A stretch of 49,477 bases of DNA, taken from Nemertoderma westbladi (lineage: Eukaryota; Animalia; Xenacoelomorpha). The notes under the pieces are model-generated. The model saw only the letters and a program-made list of their open reading frames with translations. It made no database searches and was not told the DNA's origin. This document shows, piece by piece, positions 28,001 through 39,980 of this stretch (position 1 is its first letter; every line of letters starts with the position of its first letter). The stretch is from contig JAUCBJ010003472.1 in NCBI GenBank assembly GCA_032718475.1, positions 1-49,477 on the forward strand, given 5' to 3'. The translations under genes and the position numbers were made by a program.

Positions 28001-31000
28001 TCTAGGTGGCAGCCAACCAATGGGAGGGAGTCTTGGTGGCAACCAACCAATAGTAGGTGGGAGTCTTGGTGGCAACCAACCAATGGGAGGGAGTCTTGGT
28101 GGCCACCTACCAATAGTAGGTGGGAGTCTTGGTGGCAACCATACCATCCAATGGGAAGGAGTCTGGGTGGCAGCCAACCATATCTTAGATACAGGGCAAC
28201 ACGGGATGCGATTTTGTGTTAAGATTATTAAACCAGTTGTAATATCTAGGTAGAATGTTGAGGCCCACTTCTCCATTGATGGCGCCCCGATTTACTAGTT
28301 ACACCTGACAACTGTTCCATAAATATACTGATTGTTATTATTATTAGAATATTACCACACCGTTCGCGTTCTCTGTACGTATGTGCTTAGAAGAGAATGT
28401 TAGGTCACGGTAATTATGTATGGTAGAAACATTAAGTAAACAGGTCCGCACTAAATCACACAAAATGTAATGTCGTTTGTCTTACATTATGTTCGCACAC
28501 TATACATCCCGCATAGTGTTTGTGTAGGGTGCTGTCGCTCCTAGCAACATGCACATGAAACAACCTGTCGTGAAATAAGTAGATAATGTTGGAAGATTAA
28601 CTCTATCTATACAACAACTGCTTTGTACAACAAGTACATGGCGTGTAGTAGTAGACTAGATTAGTGTCTAACAAAGTAAAGATTATCTGTTTAGACTGAT
28701 GCTATTACCGGTACTGAATTTAAAATATTTGGATAATTGATAGGGACGTACGAAATTAATTGGGTAATTGATTTAAGTGGATTTTTCAGTGGATATTCTA
28801 ATTTATCAGTTAGACCCCAGCATGGACTCTTATAAGAGTACTGGTTCTACTGCTGCCCTAAATTAACAAACAGTGAGATTACGTTTTATTCTATGGGACT
28901 TCCAAATCCCGGATAGATCTTTCAAAGTTCAAAGCAATGGGAGGGAACTATAACGAATAATTACATGATTTCGTGCGAGTGTCGGGTCGGTACAGCTGTA
29001 CATTATTGAATGGTTTAGTATAAAATAAACAATTGATTTGCAAAACGTACATTTTGTATAATAAATAAATATTGTTAATATTATATCTTTAAACTTTTTT
29101 AAATAATTGGCAATTAATTGACTTCGTAAATTTTCATTTCCAATTAATTGATTTTTAGCATGCAATTAAACTGCAATTAATATTAGACATGTCTTATCTC
29201 TGTTTTGTACGTTACGCCACTACAACCACCTAGTTAGAAGTCTGGTTTATTTATCAATAACTGAAATGGGATCGGAGCAGATCGGAGCGGGGCAAGATAC
29301 TTTGCTAATTTGCTTGATAAATACCAAAACCATTCCCAAATGTTATGGGTAACTTCAAGTTTGAGTTAGTAATTACAATTGAAAAGACCCAAACCGCACA
29401 TAATCCAGGAATATTTATTGTTATCCAAACTATTAAACTTCGTACAGGTACAACAACGACCTTGCATTGCATTACTATATATTAAACATTGAATGTGTTT
29501 GTATATTCAATCACTTGAGTTCTGTTACATTGGTAGAAACTGTTTGTTCTTTTATCAAAGTAAACAGCGACCCAATATTATTTATCAAGTCCGCTAGCGG
29601 CATTGTGTACCTCTATATCAGTGGATCAAACAGTCTATTGACACGACTCAATAAATTCCGTATTAAATCAATCAAGTAAGGAATACAAGTACCGCTATTA
29701 TTCTGCGTCGACTGCAAAGCTGACTGAAGAAACAACATTTACCTAACTCACACTATTATTGTATACAGGGGCCAAAATAAATGAGGATAATTATATCACA
29801 AATATAAATGTGTTCGTGTTGTATAACGTTATGTTGCCGAGAGTAGATCAGCTGTTTAATTACTGTGTAAGTAAACAAACAATCGATTGTGTGAAATGGC
29901 GTAAAAGGTAAAATAAATAAAGGGGAAATTTTCGAAAGCAGATAATGTAAGATTTCTCTATAGAGAAAGGAGAAGCTCAATAATAAAGTTCGGTAGGTGT
30001 TTGATGGTTTAATGTGCCTCCCATACTGTGCAAATACAATAACTATAATGTTTGTGGGAGTGGGAGAGAGATACACCCAGAGAAACATTGAGCTCTGGTG
30101 CAATATACCAACGTAAGGGTATGGAGGACTTCTGAACTATTTAACCATTGAATGTAAACGTTAAGTTTATAAGTTACCATGTATGTGTCGTACCCTGGGT
30201 GTGTATATACCAGTTGTACTGGTGTGTAAAGCAGTACGCCAACCCAACATGCTACGTCGAGTCGTAATTGGCATAAATTAGTTTATACGAACCTGAGAGG
30301 GTTTAGTAGACTATCGACGTCAGATGAATCCAGTTGCTGGATCAGTCTGATGGTGGATCTCATATCTATAGCGGATCTACGGGAGAAGGCCCCGATGGGG
30401 TGGACGTGGTCGTACAGGATTATAACTCCAACCATCACTCGGTAACAGAACAACGTTGTATCAGCTTGTTGAAACCTCTGGAAGAAACAATTAATCAGTT
30501 ATAGATAGAATAAATGCGTACAATATGTCGTCTTTTGGCCTAGTAAAGTAAAGCATTTATCAATAATTTATTAATACCCCCCCCCCCCCCCAAACAACAC
30601 TCATAATAAGAAACTAACTAATTAACTAAGAAACTGAATATTACTAACGAAACATTATTGTGGTTAAATTAAGGTCGAGTTATAACGCACCTGAATGTAC
30701 TCCGGCTTCTCCAACATACACCGACATACATCGGCCATTGTAGAAAGGCACTCGGTTGTTTGCTCGATAGGTAAATCTTTGTGCATAGAAACAAATCTTA
30801 AAAGATAAATAAATATCTGAACTAGCATTATTTGATCACATTACCGAAGGATTATAAATTCATCCAAACCTAGATGAAACCTAGAATAGCGGTTTTATTA
30901 AAATCAGTCGACGCAGAATGTTCTGCTCTTCACTTTGGTGCTAAATATAGATACAAAAAAGACCTTCCGAAACTAAAGAAATCATTTAAAAAATAAAATG

Positions 31001-32784
31001 TAAATAAATAATGTACAGGGATGAAATGAGAGTATATTGATATTGAACCACTTGAAAACAAATAGAATAACTTTGGTACTCATTTATTGTTGTGCTGATT
31101 GTTTAGAAGAGAATGTATGTTAACACTTGGCACACCAGAAATTTGATACGATTTTCAAAATTTATGTCAATGATTGACAATTTGAAATTCTTGTGCTGCA
31201 CAAACACCATACGTACGTACGTACCACCCCACCCCCCCCCCCCCCCTCAATATGGAAAAAAGATATAAAGTGAGCTTAATTTACAAGTGAATGTTTTATG
31301 AGTATCACATCACCATCATATGCATCATCAGGGTCCATCATAATCAAATAGATGGAAAGGGAAGATGTGAGGTAAGATATGAGAAGAGTGAAGAGGACAA
31401 GGAAGAGTAAGGCAGAAGATATGATAAGAGTGAAGAAGTGAGGAACGGGATGAGGAGAAAAGTGATTTTAAAAAATGGTTATGGTGAGAAATGCTACCGT
31501 TATAAAAAGAGTCTATATTGACCGGAAGACCCAGAAAGATATCCGCAGATATAACTCAGTGACCATGACCACCACACACATCCTTGGTAAGGCGATGTGT
31601 CTAATGAGTACCGTAACTGGCTAAGCACAGTTATTGACTTATTTTTGCTGAAAACCTCCCAAATAAAACCAAAATTTGAAATCATCCCTTGATATGAGAT
31701 ATTGTGCTCTCCTGATCTGTTAAATGCCACTTTTATGTCATGAGGGTCACTTCTTTCAATGCTACGTTGGTAATCACATGGTTTGTTGATTGAGCAGAGC
31801 AGAGCAGATAGTATTAGATATAGACAGACATTCTAGAGTTTGTGCAATGCGAATCAATAATATTATTGAGGATGAACTTCACTTGTTGCAGTTACTGTAG
31901 CGATTTACAGTAGAGTAACAAACAATATTCACCATACTGCCATATAGATTTTGTTCAATTTTCAACTTTTGTAAAATCACTAGGCCTGTTGCTTCCCAGT
32001 AAACGATTTTAAGCATTGTTCTCATGCGAGGGCCATGCGAAAAATTTACTTACATCCATTAATGACAATAACTTGTTGATGTGTTTGTCATTAAACCGTT
32101 TGTCAATAACCGTACCGGTAATCAGTAATTATTATTCTTATTAACTAACTTGGTAGTTATCTCACTTAGCTTCTTTAGCATAGGATTAGCTTCTGCATAG
32201 AATAGCGACATAAGATTTGCGACCTCCGCTGACAGAGGATCATCCAGACTACCGGCATCGGAAGGTTCCGATGCCGCCAGTCTCCGTCTACTAACAGTAC
32301 GCCGGTAGTAACTAAAATCGTTCTGCATAGCCGGATTGTTCATCTTAATCTCGTCGAACTTCAATGTGAAGTAAAGAATTTCTGCAAATTGTTTAGTGAG
32401 AGCTTGCTGGGTCTCGAGATGTTCTTTGGCCGTCATTGGGCCGCAACACAGAGCTGATAGTAAGTCAGGGATGACCGCCTCCACTTCCATAGAGAAGTGG
32501 TAGAAGGATTGGAGTTTATCGACACTTTCGCACACTGAGACCCACGCAGCATCCTGTAATTCCGGAACGTTGGGGTTGGAAATCGCCGCCCGGATGTCAT
32601 CCGACGAACTCCCATAGTTAAACATCTCATAGGTGAGGGCACTCGCCCGCTCAAGAACGCTGGAAACCTTCTCGTAAACCTCTAGTTCCGATTCCGATGG
32701 CATCGCGTTCTCAAAGTCCACGAATATATCGACGCGATTGATGGCCTCCGCGTCTTTCGTTATTATTTTTAGTAGATTACCCAT
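12996..32784 (-). CDS. CYRI: CYRI / FAM49 family protein (CYFIP-related Rac1 interactor), spliced gene with 4 coding exons, 331 aa
   Basis: Join of 32784-32150, 30796-30691, 30477-30293 and 13065-12996 is 635+106+185+70 = 996 nt. Frames are compatible and all introns are GT-AG. The product runs from MGNLLKII (N-myristoylation-type start) through [31 protein letters not shown] and [19 protein letters not shown] to [13 protein letters not shown], colinear with the known CYRI-A/B sequence. Confidence 0.95.
13067..23838. repeat. AT-rich satellite of mixed 28-bp (TAATAATAACATTACAGTCAATATAAAG) and 26-bp units, roughly 390 copies, within CYRI intron 3
   Basis: Continuous tandem array starting at the exon-4 acceptor, interrupted only by the MITE at 13222-13458. 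Confidence 0.98.
13222..13458. mobile_element. Mutator-like MITE (237 bp) inserted in the satellite
   Basis: ~41-bp imperfect TIRs GGGTCAGAGTAAAATGCGGATCCGGATCCGGATCCGGATTC / GAATCCGGATCCGGATCCGGATCCGCGTTTTACACCTACCC. 9-bp TSD TAAACATTA (13213-13221, 13459-13467), confirmed by the phase of the array. Confidence 0.85.
24790..28181. repeat. GC-rich 30-bp (30-34) satellite CCAATGGGAGGGAGTCTTGGTGGCAACCAA, about 110 copies, within CYRI intron 3
   Basis: Tandem array, degenerate at the edges and homogeneous in the centre, with a 753-754-bp higher-order duplication (marker cagccagagggag at 25681 and 26435). Confidence 0.97.
28815..28925 (-). pseudogene. Short RTE-like LINE relic
   Basis: Minus strand reads [31 protein letters not shown], resembling the IWKS..FRATVESVLLYG motif. 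Confidence 0.45.
30293..30477 (-). CDS. CYRI: CYRI coding exon 3
   Basis: Acceptor tttcttccag|AGG, donor AG|gttcgt. Reads [61 protein letters not shown](R). Confidence 0.93.
30691..30796 (-). CDS. CYRI: CYRI coding exon 2
   Basis: Acceptor ttttaag|A, donor CAG|gtgcgt. Reads (K)[35 protein letters not shown], matching CYRI [33 protein letters not shown]. Not in the ORF track. Confidence 0.92.
32150..32784 (-). CDS. CYRI: CYRI coding exon 1 (211 codons + 2 nt)
   Basis: ORF 32122..32784 matches the FAM49 N-terminal two thirds ([45 protein letters not shown]). Donor AA|gttagt lies after 32150, just before the ORF degenerates into LVNKNNNY*. Confidence 0.93.
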
Positions 32785-33539
32785 GACGGCACGAGATGAA
32801 CCGCAAATATATATACGGGTAGAATAGGCCTACAGTAATATAGGTTTCCCAGTCTCTAATCGAACTCAGTAAAACCGGTACCGCCTGGCCTACTTCGTGA
32901 CGCACTCATATATCAGTATATCTGTCCATCTGCCGGCCGACGTGCCACCGGTACCGGTAACAAGAGCAGGAGAACAAGTGAAATCGTACGTTGGTTAAAA
33001 CGTAGCCAGTCGAAAACGTACTCAATATTGGGTAAGTTTCCACTATACTGCTATATGCTGATATGGCAAGGGTACCGGTACGTTGAGATAGAGATTATTT
33101 ATTGAGGACTAATATAGTATAGGAACGAAACAACAACTGGTAAAGATATGCACGACAAACTGAAAGTATTTAACAATGATTTAACACAAGGCACAAAATC
33201 TAATTAGTTAAAATCACAAATTGAATTTTTACTGTACTGCCTACTGTACGTAGGTTAAAAACTCGGTAACACACAAATTAATTAAAATCACGAATCAAAT
33301 TTAGGAATGTATGCAGGCTAAGTTAAAATCACATTAAAATCACTGAAAATATTTAATTTATAGTACCAATTAATCAAAATCACAAGTTTAATTTAAAACT
33401 TGTATTTAGATTAAAATGTATGTCTCTCGTACCTTGATTATTTAAAATTGTATGCGTTAAAATACTGTCCTTTTTTATTGATGGTATTGGTATGTATATG
33501 GTGTATACAGGTATATTAGCCTCGAGGAATACAGGAATA

Positions 33540-36500
33540 GGCCCTACCCCTTGAGGTGAATACCTCGTCTCCCAGGGGGTCCTCGTTAAAAAGTATATTA
33601 AAAATAAAATTGAACTGTCATTTAAATAGTTATAGGTGATGATCTTAAAAATAGAATAGATAAAATATATGAAAAACGTACCGGTAATGTGATAGATAAA
33701 ATAGTTAAATATATGAATGTGGTGTTTACCATACGTGGTCATCGTTGTCTGTGGTACGAATACGATCTAAACAGTAATTTTTCACGAAATGCTTGAAGGA
33801 CTCGACTCGACACGGGTTGGCGATGTGACATATATCAGTTTGTGGGCAACTTATTCCATAGACGGGGACCCAGTGATGAGAACGAATTTTGCCCGAGTTT
33901 TGTGTGCCGGTGGGGAATTGTTGGCTTTTGATTTAGTCGAGTGTCGTGAAGAGGTACGAATTTCGCAATATTCAATGAGGTCTGTTAGATAGCCAGGTGA
34001 AGTTCCGCGATCTATCTTGTGTACATGTGACATGCCGGTCACGATACCTTGGTGAACCCTTTGACGAATTGGGAGCCAGTTTATTTTAGAGTAGTGTGAG
34101 AAATCAATGTGCACTCGATCGCCCAGAAAAAGACAGAAGCGAATGCACTTCCGCTGAAGCACAATCTTCTTCCACCATCTAGCCGTCGTTTCAAAGTACC
34201 AGTTTATTGAAGCATAGTCAGATAGTCTATATAAGGTTGTATGAGGGTATTACAGTATTACAGAGCATTCGGCGCAATCCCGTCCCGAGTTTAGTACATT
34301 TAGCATGACGAGACGATATAAAAACGTATCCTCTGGTTACCTTTACTTAGGCCTACTACTTTCGGCCATTTCTTTACCAGTTTACCGGACAATGTTTGGT
34401 ACAGCTGGCAACCTAGGTAACGCTCTGATGAAGAGACTGGTATTAAATTTCCATTACATGTAATCTTTAATTCATCAGATGTAAGCAGCTTCAGTCTGGT
34501 ACCAAACAAGATCGCGTGTCTTTCGGAAAGACTATTTCCTAAGTGCATGTTGAGCCTGTTATCTATCAGCCATATTGCTAAGTTATTTATATTCTTCGTT
34601 AACTGCTAAACTGTAGTATATCGGATATGTTGCTGACTGCTGACTATGGTACCAGACCTCATCATCTCTATCATCAGCTAATGTCAGAATGTCGGCGTTG
34701 GGAATTCTGTTGCTAGGGCTAGGTCGACATCGTTGTTGTTGTTGTAGCTAATAACTGAATAAACAGTATGCCTAACTGTCCAAGTATGCGGAAAACCGTG
34801 GCTGACTAGGGTTCGACCGGAGCTCCGGCTCCGGCACCGGCTCCGGCCGGACTTGGCATGTCCGGCTCCGGTCCGGCTCCGGTCAAATTAGGTGCAGGAG
34901 CTCCGGCAAAAAGTATTTGTGCTGCACGATGCATAGCTACATGGATAGGCAAGGCAAACATACAGCCAGACACCGGACGTCCGTCTGCGAACTTATCAAC
35001 GTCTACTGGCTGACTGGCAGACTGTACTGCCGAATGTATTAGGCCTACGGTATGGCCGTAGGTGGTAGGCTGTAGGCCTATCTGCCTATTGCTGTTGCAT
35101 TGTCCTGTTGTCTGACTGTCTTTCGCTGTACAGCTCAGCTGTAGGCCTATGACAGTATGAGTCTGACGATTGACAGTCTTCCACTTACCCAAGACTACTG
35201 GACTACAAGACCTAACTAACTTTAATTGTTACCAGTACTGCAGTAACAGAATTAGTTCCATTCCAATCCAGTCTGCCAGTTAGCTAGTACATCGGCCAGG
35301 CTGTCCAGCTGTCAGGCAGTCGCAGTACCCGAATGACCGTATATAGAATATAGATTATATTACATATATCAGTACTCAGTAGGCCTATACAGGTATAGGT
35401 CTGTCAGTCTGTAGATCTATGCTATTACTAACCGTACTAGATAGACAGATAGATATCGTTAATTGATTATGTAAAGCAGTAAAGAGCCCCCCCCGCCCCC
35501 CCCGGCAAATTCAAGTGTCAAGGTTAAATAACAAACAATGTTGCTCCGGTCCGGCTCCGGCACTTTTAGGTTGCTCCGGTCCGGTACCCGGCTCCGGCAA
35601 AAAAAATAGCTCCGGTCGAACCCTATGGCTGACATCCCTAGTTCTTAAAGCGCACATTGTCTGATTGTTGATGGATACAAGTTGTTTTCTGTTAGGACAG
35701 TAGGAAGGTATGATTGAAACCATTGCCATTTCAATGCAGCAATGTATTTTCGTCTAGTCCAATGTCAGAATGTGCTTTAATTTCATAAGTAAGATATTTT
35801 GGTCGATGGTGTCAAAAGCCTTTTGCAAGTCACTAGAACCATTCCAGTCAGTTCTCCATCATCCAGATCCATCCCACATTTAATATACTGATATAGTTAT
35901 CTATATGATAGGCTGATAGGACAGTATGGCTAGAGCATAGAGTAACCTTCTCGGTACCGGTATCCCGATTGCATGTCTCTAAGTACCGGTACCTTTTTGG
36001 CTGTGTAGAGTACCTACGGTACCGGGTACATCATGTATATGTATATTGTATTGTATGTATACTGTATATCATATATTTATATTATATTATATTATTTGGG
36101 TGGAGACACCGCTGTCATAGAAGCGTACAAATAAAACTGCACATAATAAAATAAAACAGGAGAAAGTTGAACAGACAGACAGACAGACAGAGAATAAAAC
36201 AAAACGACTTATACTATGGCACCATATTAAAATAAGATTAAAAACGAAATTAAAATACGCTAAAATATTATTAGGCCTACATGTTAAAATAAAAGTGTAG
36301 GTCGCTAAAAAGAGTTGAACTCAGATAGAACTACAGAACTAATGATATGAAAAATAGAAAATAATTAGAAATTGGCATAGTTACAAATTGCGGTCAAATT
36401 TAATCCAATTATTAAAATCGCACACATAAATAAATATGTGTCGAAGGCTAGTAAGTGGTAGTAAGTTCTAGAACTCGCCATATGTTCGAAAACTGCCTAG

Positions 36501-36860
36501 AAAGTATTGATAGCAATGAAATTGGTCTTTTATTTTCTTTCAACAACCTTGGCACTTGGGCCCTGCCCTTTTTGGTACCGGTACTGCTGTACTGGCACTA
36601 CACAGCTACACCCCTACCGGTATCTCAGCTGTTTTAAACCTAGGCCTACTGAAATATGAAATAGGCTACATCAGGAAATATTCCTTGCTCCATCGATGAG
36701 TTGATCATATGTGTTATGGCTGTATGGTTGCTGCTAAAACCTGAAAACCTCGTGTCCATCTCTGTATAATTTAGGTGGTACCGGCAGACCTATCAGCCTA
36801 TACCGTCTAGGCCAGCACTTTTCAGCTTTTGTCTAGGCCTATTTTAAGAGTTTTAAGCAC
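33540..36860 (-). pseudogene. Highly decayed CR1/L2-type LINE reverse transcriptase region, interrupted by a hAT MITE
   Basis: Ordered minus-strand fragments: KSAGLDGI (~36810), ITHMINSSMEQGIFPD (~36700), RPISLLSILS (~36515), GMVL/DLQKAFDTID (~35830), NRKQLVSIN (~35680), AILFGTR..YLGCQL.QTLSG (~34400-34520), KINWLPIRQRV (~34070). Confidence 0.75.
34807..35625. mobile_element. hAT-type MITE (819 bp)
   Basis: Perfect 18-bp TIR TAGGGTTCGACCGGAGCT. Perfect 8-bp TSD TGGCTGAC (34799-34806, 35626-35633). Subterminal (GCTCCG)n motifs at both ends. Confidence 0.9.
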
Positions 36861-37706
36861 TTGACTGCTTGAGAGACATGTAGTACAGTTACAGTAGTAG
36901 GCTAGGCTGCTAGGCCTATTCGTTTAGGCCTAGGCCTGAACGGCTTTGTTCGGGCGTCGGGTACCGGAAGACCAGAAGACCGGTACGTTTTAACCAGGCT
37001 GCCAGGGCAGCAGGGTACGTTTTCACTTGTTTCAGCTCTCGCTGTCAGTCTGCACTCTGCAGTCTGCTGGTCTGTACAGCTGTAGGCCTACAGCAATCAG
37101 GGAATCAGACAGTCAGCCAGTGGCTGAGTGCTGGAGTGGCCAGTCCATTCCATCAGTCCATACTGACATAGTCAGCTATTCTGATTTATATTAGGCCTAC
37201 CGGTACTCTGCATACTGCTGTACTGTACTCAACTACAGTACACAGTAAGCCTATTACAGTATTACTACAGTATTATATGTTTCTACTTTCTAACTTCCTG
37301 GTACCGGTAGGTAGGCTACATACTGACATGCATACAGCAGTAGCAAAGGGTAAAACAAACGGGCAGTGCTAAAATGCACAAAGACCCACACGGACACAAA
37401 AAATGACCATTACACTATGAAGCAATGAGGCACCAACCCACTCCGACACAGGAGATGTTGCACAGTGTTAAATTAATGATATCAAAGTTAATTCTGCGAA
37501 AAATTATGCAAATATAAGGAAAGCACTGAACCACAAAGAGCCAAAACCTCATTTTTTGGATAAATTTGAATCAGCTGATTGATTCTGACTAACTTTTCCA
37601 TGGTGATTTCTAATAGGTTACTTTGCATACAATCTACCACCCTATTTACCTACTAATGTTTATGATGGTAATAAAATGGTGCCGGAGCATGTCAGATACT
37701 GTACGT

Positions 37707-39383
37707 TAAACACGGACCCAAAGGATGGTATAGTTTCTTGAGTTGAGCACGAACCCAAAGGTTTGACAGACATGTTGAACACGGACACAAATGAGAGTAG
37801 ATATGTTAAGCACGGACCCAAATCTTTGTAGATACTTTAAACACGGACCCAAAGGGTGGTAGATGCGTTGAACACGGACCCAAAGGATGTCAGTTTCTCG
37901 ACACACGGACCCAATGGATCTCAGATACTTTGGATACGGACCCAAAGGATGTCAGATACTTTGAACACGGACCCAAAGGATGTCAGATACTCGACACACG
38001 GACCCAAAGGATTCCAGATACTTTGCACACGGACCCAAATGTTGGCAGATACTTTGAACACGGACCCAAATTTTGGCAGTTACTTTGCACACGGACCCAA
38101 AGGATGTCATATACTTTGCACACGGACCCAAAGTATGTCAGATACTTTGCACACGGATCCAAATGTTGGCAGAAACTTTGAACACGGACCCAAATGTTGG
38201 CAGATACTTTGCACACGGACCCAAAGGATGTCAGATACTCGACACACGGACCCAAAGGATTCCAGATACTTTGCACACGGACCCAAATGATGGCAGATAC
38301 TTTGAACACGGACCCAAATGTTGGCAGATACTTTGCACACGGACCCAAAGGATGTCATATACTTTGCACACGGACCCAAAGGATGTCATATACTTTGCAA
38401 ACGGACCCAAAGCATGTCAGATACTTTGCACAATAACCCAAATGTTGGCAGATACATTGAACACGGACCCAAATGTTGGAAGATACTTTGCACAGGGACC
38501 CAGAGGATGTCATATACTTTGCACACGGACCCAAAGGATTTCAGATACTTTGCACACGGACCCAAATGTTGGCAGATCCTTGAACACGGACCCAAATGTT
38601 GGCATATACTTTGCACACGGACCCAAATGATGTCAGGTACTTTGCACACGGACCCAAATAATGTCAGATACTTTGCACACGGATCCAAATATTGGCAGAT
38701 ACCTTGAACACGGACCCAAATGTTGGCATAAACTTTGAACACGGACCCAAATGTTGGCAGATACTTTGCACACGGACCCAAAGGATGTCAGATACTCGAC
38801 ACACGGACCCAAAGGATTCCAGATACTTTGCACACGAACCCAAATGATGGCAGATACTTTGAACACGGACCCAAATGTTGGCAGATACTTTGCACACGGA
38901 CCCCAAGGATGTCATATACTTTGCACACGGACCCAAAAGATGTAATATACTTTGCAAACGGACCCAAAGGATGTCAGATACTTTGCACACAAACCCAAAT
39001 GTTGGCAGATACATTGAACACGGACCCAAATGTTGGCAAATACTTTGCACACGGACCCAAAGGATGTCATATACTTTGCACACGGACCCAAAGGATGTCA
39101 GATACTTTGCACACGGACCCAAATGTTGGCAGATACCTAGAACACGGACCCAAATGTTGGCATATACTTTGCACACGGACCCAAATGATGTCAGGTACTT
39201 TGCACACGGACCCAAATAATGTCAGATACTTTGCACACGGATCCAAATATTGGCAGATACCTTGAACACGGACCTAAATGTTGGCAGATACTTTGCACAC
39301 GGACCCAAAGGATCTAAGATACTTTTAACACGGACACAAATGATGCCAGATACTTTGAACACGGACCCAAAGGATCTCAGATA
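37707..39383 (+). repeat. Left-arm 31-bp tandem array (CACGGACCCAAA core), about 54 units
   Basis: Two main unit types, ...tgttggcagatactttg(a/c)a and ...ggatgtcagatactttgca. Confidence 0.95.
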
Positions 39384-39541
39384 CAGTCCTAATCCCAATA
39401 AGCATTAACTTGGTCATTTTGGCGACCAAAATGACCAAAACGGTCAAATAAAAACTGCGGCATTCATGAAAGGGACTCTTGAGGCACGTTGGCTTGTCAA
39501 TCACAGCCAGTGAATAGAGGCTCAGTGTAAGTAAAGCCCAG

Positions 39542-39767
39542 CGGGTCCGTGTGCAAAGTATATGACATCTTTGGGTCCGTGTGCAAAGTATCTGCCAACA
39601 TTTGGGTTCGTGTGTACAGTATCTGACATCCTTTGGGTCCGTGTGCAAATTATATGACATCCTTTGGGTCCGTGTGCAAAGTATCTGCCAACATTTGGTT
39701 CCGTGTTCAAAGTTTCTACCAACATTTGGGTCCGTGTGCAAAGTATCTGACATCCTTTGGGTCCGTG
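39542..39767 (-). repeat. Right-arm 31-bp array, proximal part (inverted orientation)
   Basis: TTTGGGTCCGTG core; ends at the Gypsy insertion site. Confidence 0.93.
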
Positions 39768-39952
39768 TGTAGTGGTCAACGAAAGAATAATATAATAAAA
39801 TGAAATATTATATTATTGCCTGAATAATAACTGAATACTGAACAGCATGATATAAGGAAAGATAAGCAGTAGGACAGAGATGAAAGGCAGTGTAGTATGA
39901 ATGTTCAATCAATGAATAGTTTTGAATATCCCGCCAAAGTCTCTACACTACA
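39768..39952 (-). repeat. 3' LTR (185 bp)
   Basis: TGTAGTG...CACTACA ends; adjacent to the polypurine tract. Confidence 0.93.
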
Positions 39953-39965
39953 TAACCCCCCCTCC
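39953..39965 (-). promoter_or_regulatory. Polypurine tract GGAGGGGGGGTTA
   Basis: Directly precedes the 3' LTR on the coding strand. Confidence 0.85.
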
Positions 39966-39980
39966 AGCGTGCAAACGCGA

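Noticed and set aside
24688-28276. Many long ORFs on both strands (up to 576 aa; [20 protein letters not shown] and [10 protein letters not shown] repeats)
   Set aside because: A 30-bp unit with no stop in any frame opens all six frames. 1-nt indels and sporadic stops break every frame, no unique coding flanks or convincing splice sites were seen, and the array lies in the CYRI intron. A Gly-rich product cannot be excluded without RNA or proteomic data.
32122-32149. CYRI ORF ending at LVNKNNNY* as a truncated or retro-pseudogene
   Set aside because: This is read-through into intron 1; the remaining exons were found downstream with correct phases.
34806-35192. 128-aa ORF with a PAGAGAGA tail
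   Set aside because: Translation of the subterminal GCTCCG repeats of the hAT MITE.
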